Source: Chlamydiota bacterium (GTDB lineage: Bacteria > Auribacterota > JACPWU01). Taken from it: a stretch of DNA of 18,376 nt. Where the stretch lies: the NCBI GenBank assembly GCA_016196885.1, contig JACPWU010000033.1:1-18376 (forward strand). Direction: 5' to 3'. This document shows, piece after piece, positions 1 to 7,140 of this stretch. Under the pieces are notes generated by a model that was not told the DNA's origin, ran no database searches, and saw only the letters and a list, made by a program, of their open reading frames with translations. The number at the start of each line of letters is the position of its first letter. Position 1 is the stretch's first letter. Made by a program: the position numbers and the translations under genes.

Positions 1-1
1 A

Positions 2-55
2 CGACCGAGGCCATGCGAGGCATACTTTACAGTATGTTGAGCGTGGCCGACCGAG
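2..55. repeat. GC-rich imperfect hairpin bracketed by 8-nt direct repeats (unclassified small palindromic element, or the 3' end of an upstream feature cut by the window edge)
   Basis: GGCCATGC (9-16) pairs with GCGTGGCC (41-48). GCATACT (20-26) pairs with AGTATGT (31-37) around loop TTAC. CGACCGAG occurs at 2-9 and 48-55. The region is visibly more GC-rich than its surroundings. Confidence 0.3.
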
Positions 56-178
56 TCTGCACGGAGAGACGAGGCGGAATCGGCGCTCGCAGCAGAAATG
101 TGATGAGAAATGCGGGCTAATGAATACAAACCCTAAAGGGGACATCTTGACGTGCTACGAACAGGAAAAACTGTACGG

Positions 179-207
179 TTGAAAAGAAGGCGAAACCCCA
201 TTAGAAT
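179..207 (+). promoter_or_regulatory. sigma70-like promoter for purE-purC
   Basis: TTGAAA (179-184), 17-nt spacer, TAGAAT (202-207). AGGAG RBS at 219-223 precedes the ATG at 229. Confidence 0.45.
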
Positions 208-228
208 ATCTTATCAAAAGGAGCTTCT

Positions 229-702
229 ATGGCTAAGATTGTTATTCTCATGGCATCAAAGGGAGATTTGGAGCATTGTCACAAGATTTCGAAGGTGTTG
301 GAAAATTGGGGTGTAGACTATGTATTCAGGATTGCGTCCGCTCATAAGGTGCCGCTGAAGGTGATGGAAATCATCAAGGCTTATGAAAAAGAGAAATGTG
401 TTTTTATCACGGTGGCCGGCCGAAGCAATGCCCTGAGCGGCGTTGTAGATGCCAACACCGATCGTCCTGTGATTAGTTGTCCCCCTTACGCGGATAAATT
501 TGCCGGGGCCGATCTTTTCTCCAGCATTCGGATGCCTTCGGGTGTGTGTCCGTTGTTTATTTTAGAACCTGAAGAAGCCGCTTTGGCCGCGGTAAAAATT
601 TTAGCGCTTTGCGATACAAAGCTTTCGGGTCGCGTCAGAACTTATCAAGAAGAAAAAAGAAAAATTTTAGAGCGGGATGACAAGGGGATTCAGCATGGGT
701 AG
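229..702 (+). CDS. purE: PurE-family (N5-)carboxyaminoimidazole ribonucleotide mutase/carboxylase
   Basis: 157-aa ORF with PurE-like blocks (IASAHK, VAGRSNALSGVV, IRMPSGV). Strong RBS. The 3' end overlaps the following purC, the classic purE-purC context. The sequence is somewhat divergent from canonical PurE. Confidence 0.8.
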   Translation: MAKIVILMASKGDLEHCHKISKVLENWGVDYVFRIASAHKVPLKVMEIIKAYEKEKCVFITVAGRSNALSGVVDANTDRPVISCPPYADKFAGADLFSSIRMPSGVCPLFILEPEEAALAAVKILALCDTKLSGRVRTYQEEKRKILERDDKGIQHG

Positions 703-1822
703 CGTGAAGGATTTGACCGTTTTGACAAAGCCAGGTGAACATGCCTTAGGGATTGGCCTTTTTCGATTTTCGGACCGCTATTCTGTTTTTGACTGGGGCG
801 AAATGCCGGATCAAATTCCTCATAAGGGGAAGGCGCTTTGTATCTTGGGCGCTTATTTTTTTGAAAAATTAGAGATGCTGGGGGTCAAGACCCATTATCT
901 GGGTCTCGTAGAAAATGGGGAGGTAAAAAAACTTTCTCAATTAAAGAGCCCTGCACAGACCATGAAAGTCCAACTGGTTCGAGTGGTTCGGCCTACTTTG
1001 AAGGACCGGATTTTTGATTATTCCGTTTTTCAAAAAAAGAGAGAGAATTTTCTGATCCCATTAGAAGTGATTTATCGCAACTCTCTCCCCTCGGGTGCCA
1101 GCGTTTTTAGGCGACTGAAAGAAGGAAGCCTCACCCTTCAAGAAATAGGTTTAAAAGAAATGCCTCGACCCGGTCAGAAATTTGAAAAGCCAGTCCTGGA
1201 TGTTTCGACCAAATTAGAAACCATTGACCGCTATCTTTCCTGGAAAGAAGCGGAGAAAATTTCTGGATTAAAGGCAGGAGAATTAGAAACGTTGCAGCGT
1301 CGTACGCTCGAAATTGCTGAACTCATCACGCAGGAGACGGCGCGTGTCGGCCTTTTCAACGAAGATGGAAAAGTCGAATTTGCCTTTGATGAAAAACGCA
1401 ATCTGATGCTTGTGGACGTTTTGGGAACGCCCGATGAGTGCCGATTTACAGTGAAAGACATCCCGGGCTTGACTGGGATGTCTGGATCAGTCCCTGCTCC
1501 CGTAGGGGCAGGTGGCCGAGCGGAGCGAGGGCCCTTGACGTTCGAAGGAATACCCGTGAGTAAAGAAGTGGCCCGGATTTATTATCGAGAGACGGCCTGG
1601 TTTAAGGATGTGGAGGGAGCTAAGAAAAAAGACAAAGTGGGTTGGAAAGAGAAAGTCAAAAGTAAGCCGAATCCACTGCCACCTGAGTTTTTAGAACTTG
1701 TTTCTTTCCTTTATCAAGCGTGTGCCAATGAAATCACTCAACGGGAATGGTTTCGTACACCTCCTCTCAAAGAGATCCTTCTAGGAATAAAGGGTTTCTT
1801 AAATCAAAAGGCATGTTGTTGA
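695..1822 (+). CDS. purC: SAICAR synthetase (phosphoribosylaminoimidazole-succinocarboxamide synthase), long form with an in-frame insertion
   Basis: N-terminal GSVKDL...FRFSDRYSVFDWG and GTPDECRF motifs are typical of PurC. I prefer ATG 695 (AAGGGGA RBS about 8 nt upstream, 8-nt overlap with the purE stop). The ORF track start 677 is the alternative. Confidence 0.88.
   Translation: MGSVKDLTVLTKPGEHALGIGLFRFSDRYSVFDWGEMPDQIPHKGKALCILGAYFFEKLEMLGVKTHYLGLVENGEVKKLSQLKSPAQTMKVQLVRVVRPTLKDRIFDYSVFQKKRENFLIPLEVIYRNSLPSGASVFRRLKEGSLTLQEIGLKEMPRPGQKFEKPVLDVSTKLETIDRYLSWKEAEKISGLKAGELETLQRRTLEIAELITQETARVGLFNEDGKVEFAFDEKRNLMLVDVLGTPDECRFTVKDIPGLTGMSGSVPAPVGAGGRAERGPLTFEGIPVSKEVARIYYRETAWFKDVEGAKKKDKVGWKEKVKSKPNPLPPEFLELVSFLYQACANEITQREWFRTPPLKEILLGIKGFLNQKACC
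1474..1539 (+). repeat. 66-nt GC-rich in-frame insertion in purC, flanked by direct repeats and carrying a conserved hairpin
   Basis: GGGCTTGAC (1465-1473) and GGGCCCTTGAC (1529-1539) bracket exactly 66 nt (22 codons, GMSGSVPAPVGAGGRAERGPLT). Hairpin 1488-1511 CAGTCCCT-GCTCCCGT-AGGGGCAG. GC content is far above the rest of the gene. Confidence 0.45.
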
Positions 1823-1849
1823 CATAACTTTAAAAAAATTAAATTTAAG

Positions 1850-2746
1850 ATGAACCATTCCCAAAATCCAACACAAGAAATTCCAGACTACAAACCCAAA
1901 AGCCTAGGATGGGCCATTGGGCTCTCCATGGTGCTTTCATTGATGAAAGGGGTTGTAGGTCTTTTTTCCTCTTCAGCGGCCTTGATTGCTTCTAGTGTAG
2001 ACTCTCTCATGGATGTGGGCATCTCTTCAGTGAATTATTTTTCCCTTCGAAAGGCTGCAAAACCTCCTGACAGTGACCATGCCTATGGGCATGGAAAAAT
2101 CGAGAGTTTAGCCTCTTACACGCAAGGCGTCCTTTTTATTCTCTTAGCCTTTTTTATCTTGATTGAATCTGTCCGGCGTGCCCAGGCCCATACACCTTTG
2201 ACGAATTCAGGGGGGGTCCTTTTCACAATTGTGTTGGCGTCGCTCGTTAATTTATTCATCACTTTTATGTTGTACAGGGCAGAAAAGAAAACGGGCTCCC
2301 TGATTCTAAAAGCCGAGGGCGTTCATTATTTCATGGACATTCTTTCCTACGCCCTCATTTTTGTTTCCATTCTTTTGGTTCGTTGGACCGGATGGCGAGG
2401 ATGGGACATTGTGGGGGGCATTCTCGTGGCACTTTATGTAGCAGGCCTTGCGGCTCAAATTTTATTTCAGGCGGGAAATGAGTTGGTAGACCGCTCGCTT
2501 CCTACTTCTACACTCGATGAATTAGATAAACTCATCAGAAGGCATGATCCGAGAATTTTAGACTATCACGAGTTGAGAACACGAAAAGTGGGAAGCAAAC
2601 ATTTTATTGATTTTCATTTGGTCTTAAAATCCAATCAGAGCTTTGAAAAGGTTCATGAAATTTCTGAATCTTTGATTGAGAAAATCAAAGAAAAATTTCA
2701 AGATGCAGATGTGACGGTGCATGAAGATCCCGAGGGTGGGATCTGA
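1850..2746 (+). CDS. cation diffusion facilitator (CDF) family metal efflux transporter
   Basis: 298 aa with multiple TM helices, the HAYGHGKIESL motif and a C-terminal cytoplasmic domain typical of CzcD/FieF-type CDF proteins. TGATG overlap with the next gene. Confidence 0.85.
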   Translation: MNHSQNPTQEIPDYKPKSLGWAIGLSMVLSLMKGVVGLFSSSAALIASSVDSLMDVGISSVNYFSLRKAAKPPDSDHAYGHGKIESLASYTQGVLFILLAFFILIESVRRAQAHTPLTNSGGVLFTIVLASLVNLFITFMLYRAEKKTGSLILKAEGVHYFMDILSYALIFVSILLVRWTGWRGWDIVGGILVALYVAGLAAQILFQAGNELVDRSLPTSTLDELDKLIRRHDPRILDYHELRTRKVGSKHFIDFHLVLKSNQSFEKVHEISESLIEKIKEKFQDADVTVHEDPEGGI

Positions 2747-3699
2747 TGCGTTCCGAAGTTCAGGCCTTGCCCAAAATTTTTCTAGAGCGTCTTCGAAAGA
2801 TTATTCCCTCTCATAAGTTTGATGCGGTTGCCAATACCTTTTCTTTGATGCGCCCTACCACTTTTCGCGTGAACACGCTTAAAGCTTCCGTCGAAAAGGT
2901 TCGCGAGAAATTGAGAAATGAAGGATTTCGTCTCAGTGAAGTCTCATGGTATCCCGAGGCTTTTATTTTGCAAGGAAAGGGGTTGAGAGAGCTTCAAGAG
3001 ACAGAAGTTTATAAATCGGGTGAAATTTATGTGCAAGGCCTTTCGAGCATGATTCCTCCTTTGGTTTTAAATCCTCAACCCGGAGAAAAAATTTTAGACT
3101 TAACAGCGGCCCCTGGAAGCAAAACCACTCAAATGGTTTGCTTAATGAAGGGACAGGGCCGCATCCTGGCCAATGACAACAACAAAATTCGCTTTTATCG
3201 CTTGAAGGCGAATCTTGAACTTCAAGGGGTGAATGAGATGGTCGAGCCCACTTTGCGTTATGGAGAATCCCTCGGGCGCGTTTACCCTACAAGCTTTGAC
3301 CGCGTGCTGGTAGACGCCCCGTGCAGTGCCGAAGGGCGCTTCTCTGCCAAGGAACCTTCATCTTACGCCTATTGGAAATTGAACAAAGTTCATGAAATGG
3401 AACGCAAGCAAAGAAAACTTCTTCTTTCTGGAATTTTAGCGCTGAAACCGGGTGGCGTTTTGGTTTATTCCACGTGCACCTTTGCGCCTGAAGAAAATGA
3501 GGGCGTCTTAAACGATGCCCTTGAAAAATTAGGGGAGCAAATAGAGCTAGAATCTATTTCTTTCTCCCTGCCCAATCTCATGAACGGTCTAAAAACGTGG
3601 GAGGAAAAAACATTTCATCCCTCTGTCACGCGCTCTCTACGCATTCTCCCCAACGCCCAAATGGACGGTTTTTTTGTCGCGAAGATGAGAAAAAGGTAG
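2746..3699 (+). CDS. NOL1/NOP2/Sun (RsmB/RsmF-like) RNA cytosine-C5 methyltransferase
   Basis: SAM-binding DLTAAPGSKTT, catalytic DAPCSAEG and YSTCT..EENE motifs. 317 aa, with no NusB-like N-domain. Confidence 0.85.
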   Translation: MRSEVQALPKIFLERLRKIIPSHKFDAVANTFSLMRPTTFRVNTLKASVEKVREKLRNEGFRLSEVSWYPEAFILQGKGLRELQETEVYKSGEIYVQGLSSMIPPLVLNPQPGEKILDLTAAPGSKTTQMVCLMKGQGRILANDNNKIRFYRLKANLELQGVNEMVEPTLRYGESLGRVYPTSFDRVLVDAPCSAEGRFSAKEPSSYAYWKLNKVHEMERKQRKLLLSGILALKPGGVLVYSTCTFAPEENEGVLNDALEKLGEQIELESISFSLPNLMNGLKTWEEKTFHPSVTRSLRILPNAQMDGFFVAKMRKR

Positions 3700-3816
3700 G
3701 TGTAAAATTTGTCCTAGGACCCTCCTTAGGGAATATTCTGCGATAAATAGTAAGACATATATATATTGACATACTTATTTTAAAATGTTCTACTTATCCT
3801 AGAATAGGAGAATAAT

Positions 3817-4053
3817 ATGATTACTGCCATCGTGACCTCCAAAGGTCAAATTGTGATTCCTTCTAAGATTCGGCAACACATGAGTATCAAGAGGGGAACA
3901 AAGCTCTATATCGAAGAGAAGGGAGATGAGCTTATTCTAAGGCCTGTGACGCCTCGATACTTTGAAAAGATTGCAGGGGTTTTGTCCACCAAGGGAAAAT
4001 TAACGAAACTCCTTTTGGAAGAACGAGCCAAAGATCGTAAAAAAGAGGCTTAA
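3817..4053 (+). CDS. vapB: AbrB/SpoVT/MazE-fold antitoxin (VapB-like)
   Basis: 78 aa; N-terminal SKGQIVIPSKIR swapped-hairpin motif. AGGAG RBS. TAATG overlap with the downstream PIN gene. Inverted repeat TCCTA-gaa-TAGGA at 3797-3809 overlaps the RBS region and is a possible operator. Confidence 0.8.
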   Translation: MITAIVTSKGQIVIPSKIRQHMSIKRGTKLYIEEKGDELILRPVTPRYFEKIAGVLSTKGKLTKLLLEERAKDRKKEA

Positions 4054-4451
4054 TGAAAAGAATTCTCGATACCCATGCCCTGATGGTATTCCTTGAAAGA
4101 GAGCCTGAGTTTGAAAAGGTTGAAGCCCTCTTTGTTGCCGCCGTCGAAAAAAATAATCCCCTCCTCATGACAACCGTCAATTTTGGAGAAGTGTATTACA
4201 TTGTCTTACGGGAGTGTGGTTCGGAAAAGGCGCATGAGATTGAAAAAATCATTCGGAGCTTACCCATTGAAATTGTAGATGTAGATGTAACACTTGCCAA
4301 AGAAGCCGGTCGATTTAAGGCCACTCGCAAAATGTCCTATGCTGATTGCTTTACTGCCGCCCTCGCAAAAGTCCACAAGGGTGAGGTGATCACTGGAGAT
4401 AAAGAATTCAAAGAAGTGGAAGATGAGGTGAAGGTTCTGTGGATTCGTTAA
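4053..4451 (+). CDS. vapC: PIN-domain ribonuclease toxin (VapC-like)
   Basis: 132 aa. An N-terminal ILDTHAL acidic residue plus later conserved acidic positions (..SYADCF.., ..ITGDKEF..) fit the PIN fold. Translationally coupled to the antitoxin. Confidence 0.82.
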   Translation: MKRILDTHALMVFLEREPEFEKVEALFVAAVEKNNPLLMTTVNFGEVYYIVLRECGSEKAHEIEKIIRSLPIEIVDVDVTLAKEAGRFKATRKMSYADCFTAALAKVHKGEVITGDKEFKEVEDEVKVLWIR

Positions 4452-4475
4452 CATTTCTTTGGATGGTGAATATTG

Positions 4476-5101
4476 ATGCAAATTGTTAATCTTTACATGG
4501 ATGGTCCAAATTTACTTGGCGCTGTAAGTGATCTGCGGAAAAAACGTGTTTGGATAGATCCTTTTCGTTTATCATCTCATTTGGTTGACAAACAGATTCA
4601 GGAAGTAAAAACGATTTTTTACGCTGAAACACCCTATCCTGAAAATCTCCATAGCCCTGAATCATTTCGCAAACAACAGAGTTTCTTTGGCAGGATTTAT
4701 TCTTATATTCAGAGTCAAAAGGTGATTCACATTAAAGGTAATTATAGAATCGATACAAATACAGTTCCCCTTTTCATTGTAAATCAGCTAAGGACTGAAT
4801 CCAAAATTTAGTTAAAAGCATCAGTTGGAAAAAGCCAATAGAAAAAGGTGGAGATGTGGGTCTTGCGGTACGGCTTGTCCGAGATGCCTTTCGAGATGAA
4901 TTTGATCATGCAATTTTGGTCACTGCAGATCAAGATTTTGCTCCCGCAGTGAATATTGTTGTTATGGAGGCAAAGAAGAGAGTCAGTATTGCTTATGTGA
5001 ATAATAGCTATCGAAACGCTCTTGCATTAAGAAGCAAATGTAGAGGCGCAGAATTTATCCAAATAACCAGAAAAATGACAGATGCTTGTGAAATAAGTTA
5101 G
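4476..5101 (+). pseudogene. NYN/LabA-like (DUF88) domain gene, split by a frameshift
   Basis: The N-part (4476-4811) has IVNLYMDGPNLLGA. The C-part has EKGGDVGLAVRLV...HAILVTADQDFAP, the canonical NYN motifs. The second frame is open from 4799 and the first ends at TAG 4809-4811, so the shift lies within 4799-4811 (ATCCAAAATTTAG). Confidence 0.7.
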
Positions 5102-5122
5102 GGGGAGTCATGAAAACAGGTT

Positions 5123-5142
5123 GGGCGAGGTTTCCCTCGCCC
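5123..5142 (+). terminator. GC-rich stem-loop after the NYN gene (terminator-like but without a U-tract; could instead be a protein-binding palindrome)
   Basis: GGGCGAGG-TTTC-CCTCGCCC, a perfect 8-bp stem. A second palindrome CCCTATA-N12-TATAGGG lies at 5146-5171. Confidence 0.3.
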
Positions 5143-5186
5143 GGTCCCTATAATCGCAAGCAACTATAGGGAAGTTGAAAATGAAA

Positions 5187-5202
5187 TGGCACTTCGCTTG
5201 CT
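5187..5202 (+). promoter_or_regulatory. sigma54 (RpoN) -24/-12 promoter, perfect consensus, upstream of maf
   Basis: TGGCAC (5187-5192), TTCGC, TTGCT (5198-5202) equals TGGCAC-N5-TTGCW with correct GG/GC spacing. It lies 108 nt upstream of the maf ATG. The window also encodes a GAFTGA-containing activator. Confidence 0.55.
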
Positions 5203-5309
5203 TAATGTTTAAAACACCTGTTCTTTGCAGAGCGATACTATCATTTAAATAGGTATTCTTTCAATAAGAGTGTTATGAAAAATCATAATACATTCTTAAA
5301 GAGAATGTT

Positions 5310-5915
5310 ATGAGTGATCATTTCTATTGTTATCATCCTCCTTTCCTCTATCTTGCCTCTGGCTCCCCTCGTCGCAGAGAAATTTTAGAAAAGATGAAAA
5401 TTCCTTTTCAGGTTGTGTCTTCTTCCTATTATGAGAGAAATTTCAAGGGAGTTGAGCCTGAAGAGTGGGTTTTGAGACATGCCTTGGGAAAGGTGAGAAA
5501 GGCCAAGGTTCCGAAATCAGCGCAATGGATTTTAGGCGCAGACACGATGGTGTTTTGCAAGGGAGAGGCGTTGGGCAAGCCGAGGTATTTAAAAGAGGCT
5601 TTGAAAATGATGAAGGTTTTGTCCGGGCAGAGACATGCAGTATGGACGGGGGTTGTTTTGTGGGATCGGATCAATGATCAGCTTCTGACCGGATGTGCTC
5701 AGACCCATGTTTGGATAAAACATTTAACGGAAACGGAGATTCTTCATTATTTTCAAAAGGTGAATCCCCTCGATAAAGCTGGGGCGTACGCGATTCAAGA
5801 GGGGCCCAAGATTGTTGAGAGGATTAATGGATCTTATTCCAATGTTGTTGGACTCCCTAAGGAGTTGCTAAACATGATGTTGGGTAGCATTTCTCTATTA
5901 AAAAAGAAGAATTAG
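5310..5915 (+). CDS. maf: Maf-like nucleoside triphosphate pyrophosphatase (septum formation inhibitor family)
   Basis: LASGSPRRREIL N-terminal signature, GADTMV, KAGAYAIQ motifs; 201 aa. Confidence 0.9.
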   Translation: MSDHFYCYHPPFLYLASGSPRRREILEKMKIPFQVVSSSYYERNFKGVEPEEWVLRHALGKVRKAKVPKSAQWILGADTMVFCKGEALGKPRYLKEALKMMKVLSGQRHAVWTGVVLWDRINDQLLTGCAQTHVWIKHLTETEILHYFQKVNPLDKAGAYAIQEGPKIVERINGSYSNVVGLPKELLNMMLGSISLLKKKN

Positions 5916-5920
5916 GCAAC

Positions 5921-5955
5921 ATTGAGCAATAAAAATTGGCATGATATTGCTCAAT
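5921..5955 (+). terminator. stem-loop after maf (weak terminator candidate)
   Basis: ATTGAGCAAT (5921-5930) pairs with ATTGCTCAAT (5946-5955), a perfect 10-bp stem with a 15-nt loop. No clear U-tract follows. Confidence 0.3.
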
Positions 5956-6027
5956 TCTAAAGCATGCTTCAGGGGTGAATGGATTTTTCTATACGCTAAA
6001 CGCTACACACTGTACGCTGTTTTTGCC

Positions 6028-7140
6028 ATGATCAAAAAATACCGTTTCGTAGATTTTGCTGCTCGGGGTCAATCAGGATTCCGCAATCATGTCGTTTCGA
6101 TTGAGGAAGTGCCCTTACTCATAGAGCAGTATCAATCCACTGAGTGTTTCTCTACTTATTTTTTCTACACGGATGAAATTTTTGCCTACATGAATACGCA
6201 TATCGAAAAAGATCGTCCGTCAATTGCGGGGTTTCCCGGAAAATTATGGGCGCCTTTTTTACCCTTGGATATAGATGCGGTGGATCTTGAGAAGGCTTTG
6301 GATGGGGTACGTGTGATTGGGAAAACTTTGATTCAGGAATGGAAAATTCCAGAAGGAGCCTGTCATTTTTATTTCAGTGGTTCGAAGGGTTTTCATATTC
6401 TTTTAGATGTGCGATTGTTCGGGAAAGTCCTTCCCAATCAGCATTTGCATCAGATTTTTTCGACGCTGCGAGAAAATTTAATGTATGAACTTCCGCTTTT
6501 TGATCATGCCTTGGTGGACTTGACGATCAAAGATGCCGTGCGCCTTTTGAGGCTTTCGAACACGCTTCATGAAAAATCTAAGCTGTATAAAATTTCTCTG
6601 AGTGCCGAAGAGATTTTTTCCAATACGATTTCAGAAATTTTAAAGAAGGCGAAGAAACCGCGGCCTCTTCTTTACACAGATGAGACGGGTTTGGTTTCAA
6701 AAGTTTCGGTGACAGCCCACCCTCGGTTGTCTAAAATTTTTAAACATGTTCGTGCGCTCGTTCGTAAATACACGCTAAAGCCTTTTACGTATCGCCTGAG
6801 CGTTCAATCAGAAAATCCTTCAGAATTTTTGTGCCCAGCCTTTTTAAAAATGTATGAGAGCTCTGTCGAACCAGGTTTAAGAAATAATTCTGTGATTCGA
6901 TTGCTGTCGGAATTTCGCCTGCATGGATTGAGTCTGGAAAAGTCCAGAGAGTTGATTCTGGCATGGAATGAGTCCCTTATCGTTATGGTTATCATGATTC
7001 GATTCTTCAGGCGTTTTGCCCGTATCAGAATATCGAAGAGTGTGAAAAATGGCACCAGAACAGGAAATAAAAATGATTTGGGATGTGGCGATTATCGGGG
7101 CCGGAGCAGCCGGCCTGATGACGGCGATCACTTGTGGTGA
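6028..7140 (+). CDS. archaeo-eukaryotic primase (AEP) superfamily primase-polymerase with PriCT-like C-terminal domain; the 3' end is probably frameshifted
   Basis: Motif I LPLDIDA, motif II FSGSKGFHI, motif III region IKDAVRLLRLSNTLHEKSKLYKI. PriCT-like CPAF...GLRNNSVIRLLSEF..G.S.E....ILAWNE. After AWNES the ORF-track frame becomes low-complexity hydrophobic/basic junk overlapping the next gene by 92 nt. The -1 frame from 6972 reads VPYRYGYHDSILQAFCPYQNIEECEKWHQNRK and stops at TAA 7068-7070, just before the next gene's ATG at 7073. The start is uncertain (6028 preferred; 5941 lies inside the upstream hairpin). Confidence 0.7.
   Translation: MIKKYRFVDFAARGQSGFRNHVVSIEEVPLLIEQYQSTECFSTYFFYTDEIFAYMNTHIEKDRPSIAGFPGKLWAPFLPLDIDAVDLEKALDGVRVIGKTLIQEWKIPEGACHFYFSGSKGFHILLDVRLFGKVLPNQHLHQIFSTLRENLMYELPLFDHALVDLTIKDAVRLLRLSNTLHEKSKLYKISLSAEEIFSNTISEILKKAKKPRPLLYTDETGLVSKVSVTAHPRLSKIFKHVRALVRKYTLKPFTYRLSVQSENPSEFLCPAFLKMYESSVEPGLRNNSVIRLLSEFRLHGLSLEKSRELILAWNESLIVMVIMIRFFRRFARIRISKSVKNGTRTGNKNDLGCGDYRGRSSRPDDGDHLW

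Noticed and set aside
1-178. Riboswitch or leader RNA upstream of purE (purine, ZTP or PRPP/ykkC-type), suggested by GC-rich structured sequence and fragments such as CCGAG...CACGG.
   Set aside because: The best promoter (179-207) lies downstream of this region, so it would not be in the purE 5' UTR. I could not find the conserved cores of the guanine/adenine, ZTP (CCGCCUGGGC) or ykkC-family riboswitches.
150-185. Group II intron domain V-like string (CTGTACGGTTG resembles the 3' strand of domain V).
   Set aside because: The upstream strand (GTGCTACGAACAG) cannot form the canonical AGC-containing 5' strand. There is no GNRA-capped 34-nt hairpin, no domain VI and no intron-encoded protein.
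5110-5260. Tiny ORFs (19 and 23 codons) and a long-range pairing AACAGGT (5114-5120) / ACCTGTT (5215-5221) in the NYN-maf spacer, considered as a leader peptide or sRNA.
   Set aside because: Conservation cannot be assessed here. The peptides are featureless, and the 7-bp pairing spans the promoter itself. I recorded only the palindromes and the sigma54 element.
5937-5952. Second sigma54-like string TGGCAT-GATA-TTGCT upstream of the primase gene.
   Set aside because: The GG-to-GC spacing is one nucleotide short of the strict consensus, and the motif lies in the loop and 3' arm of the 5921-5955 hairpin.
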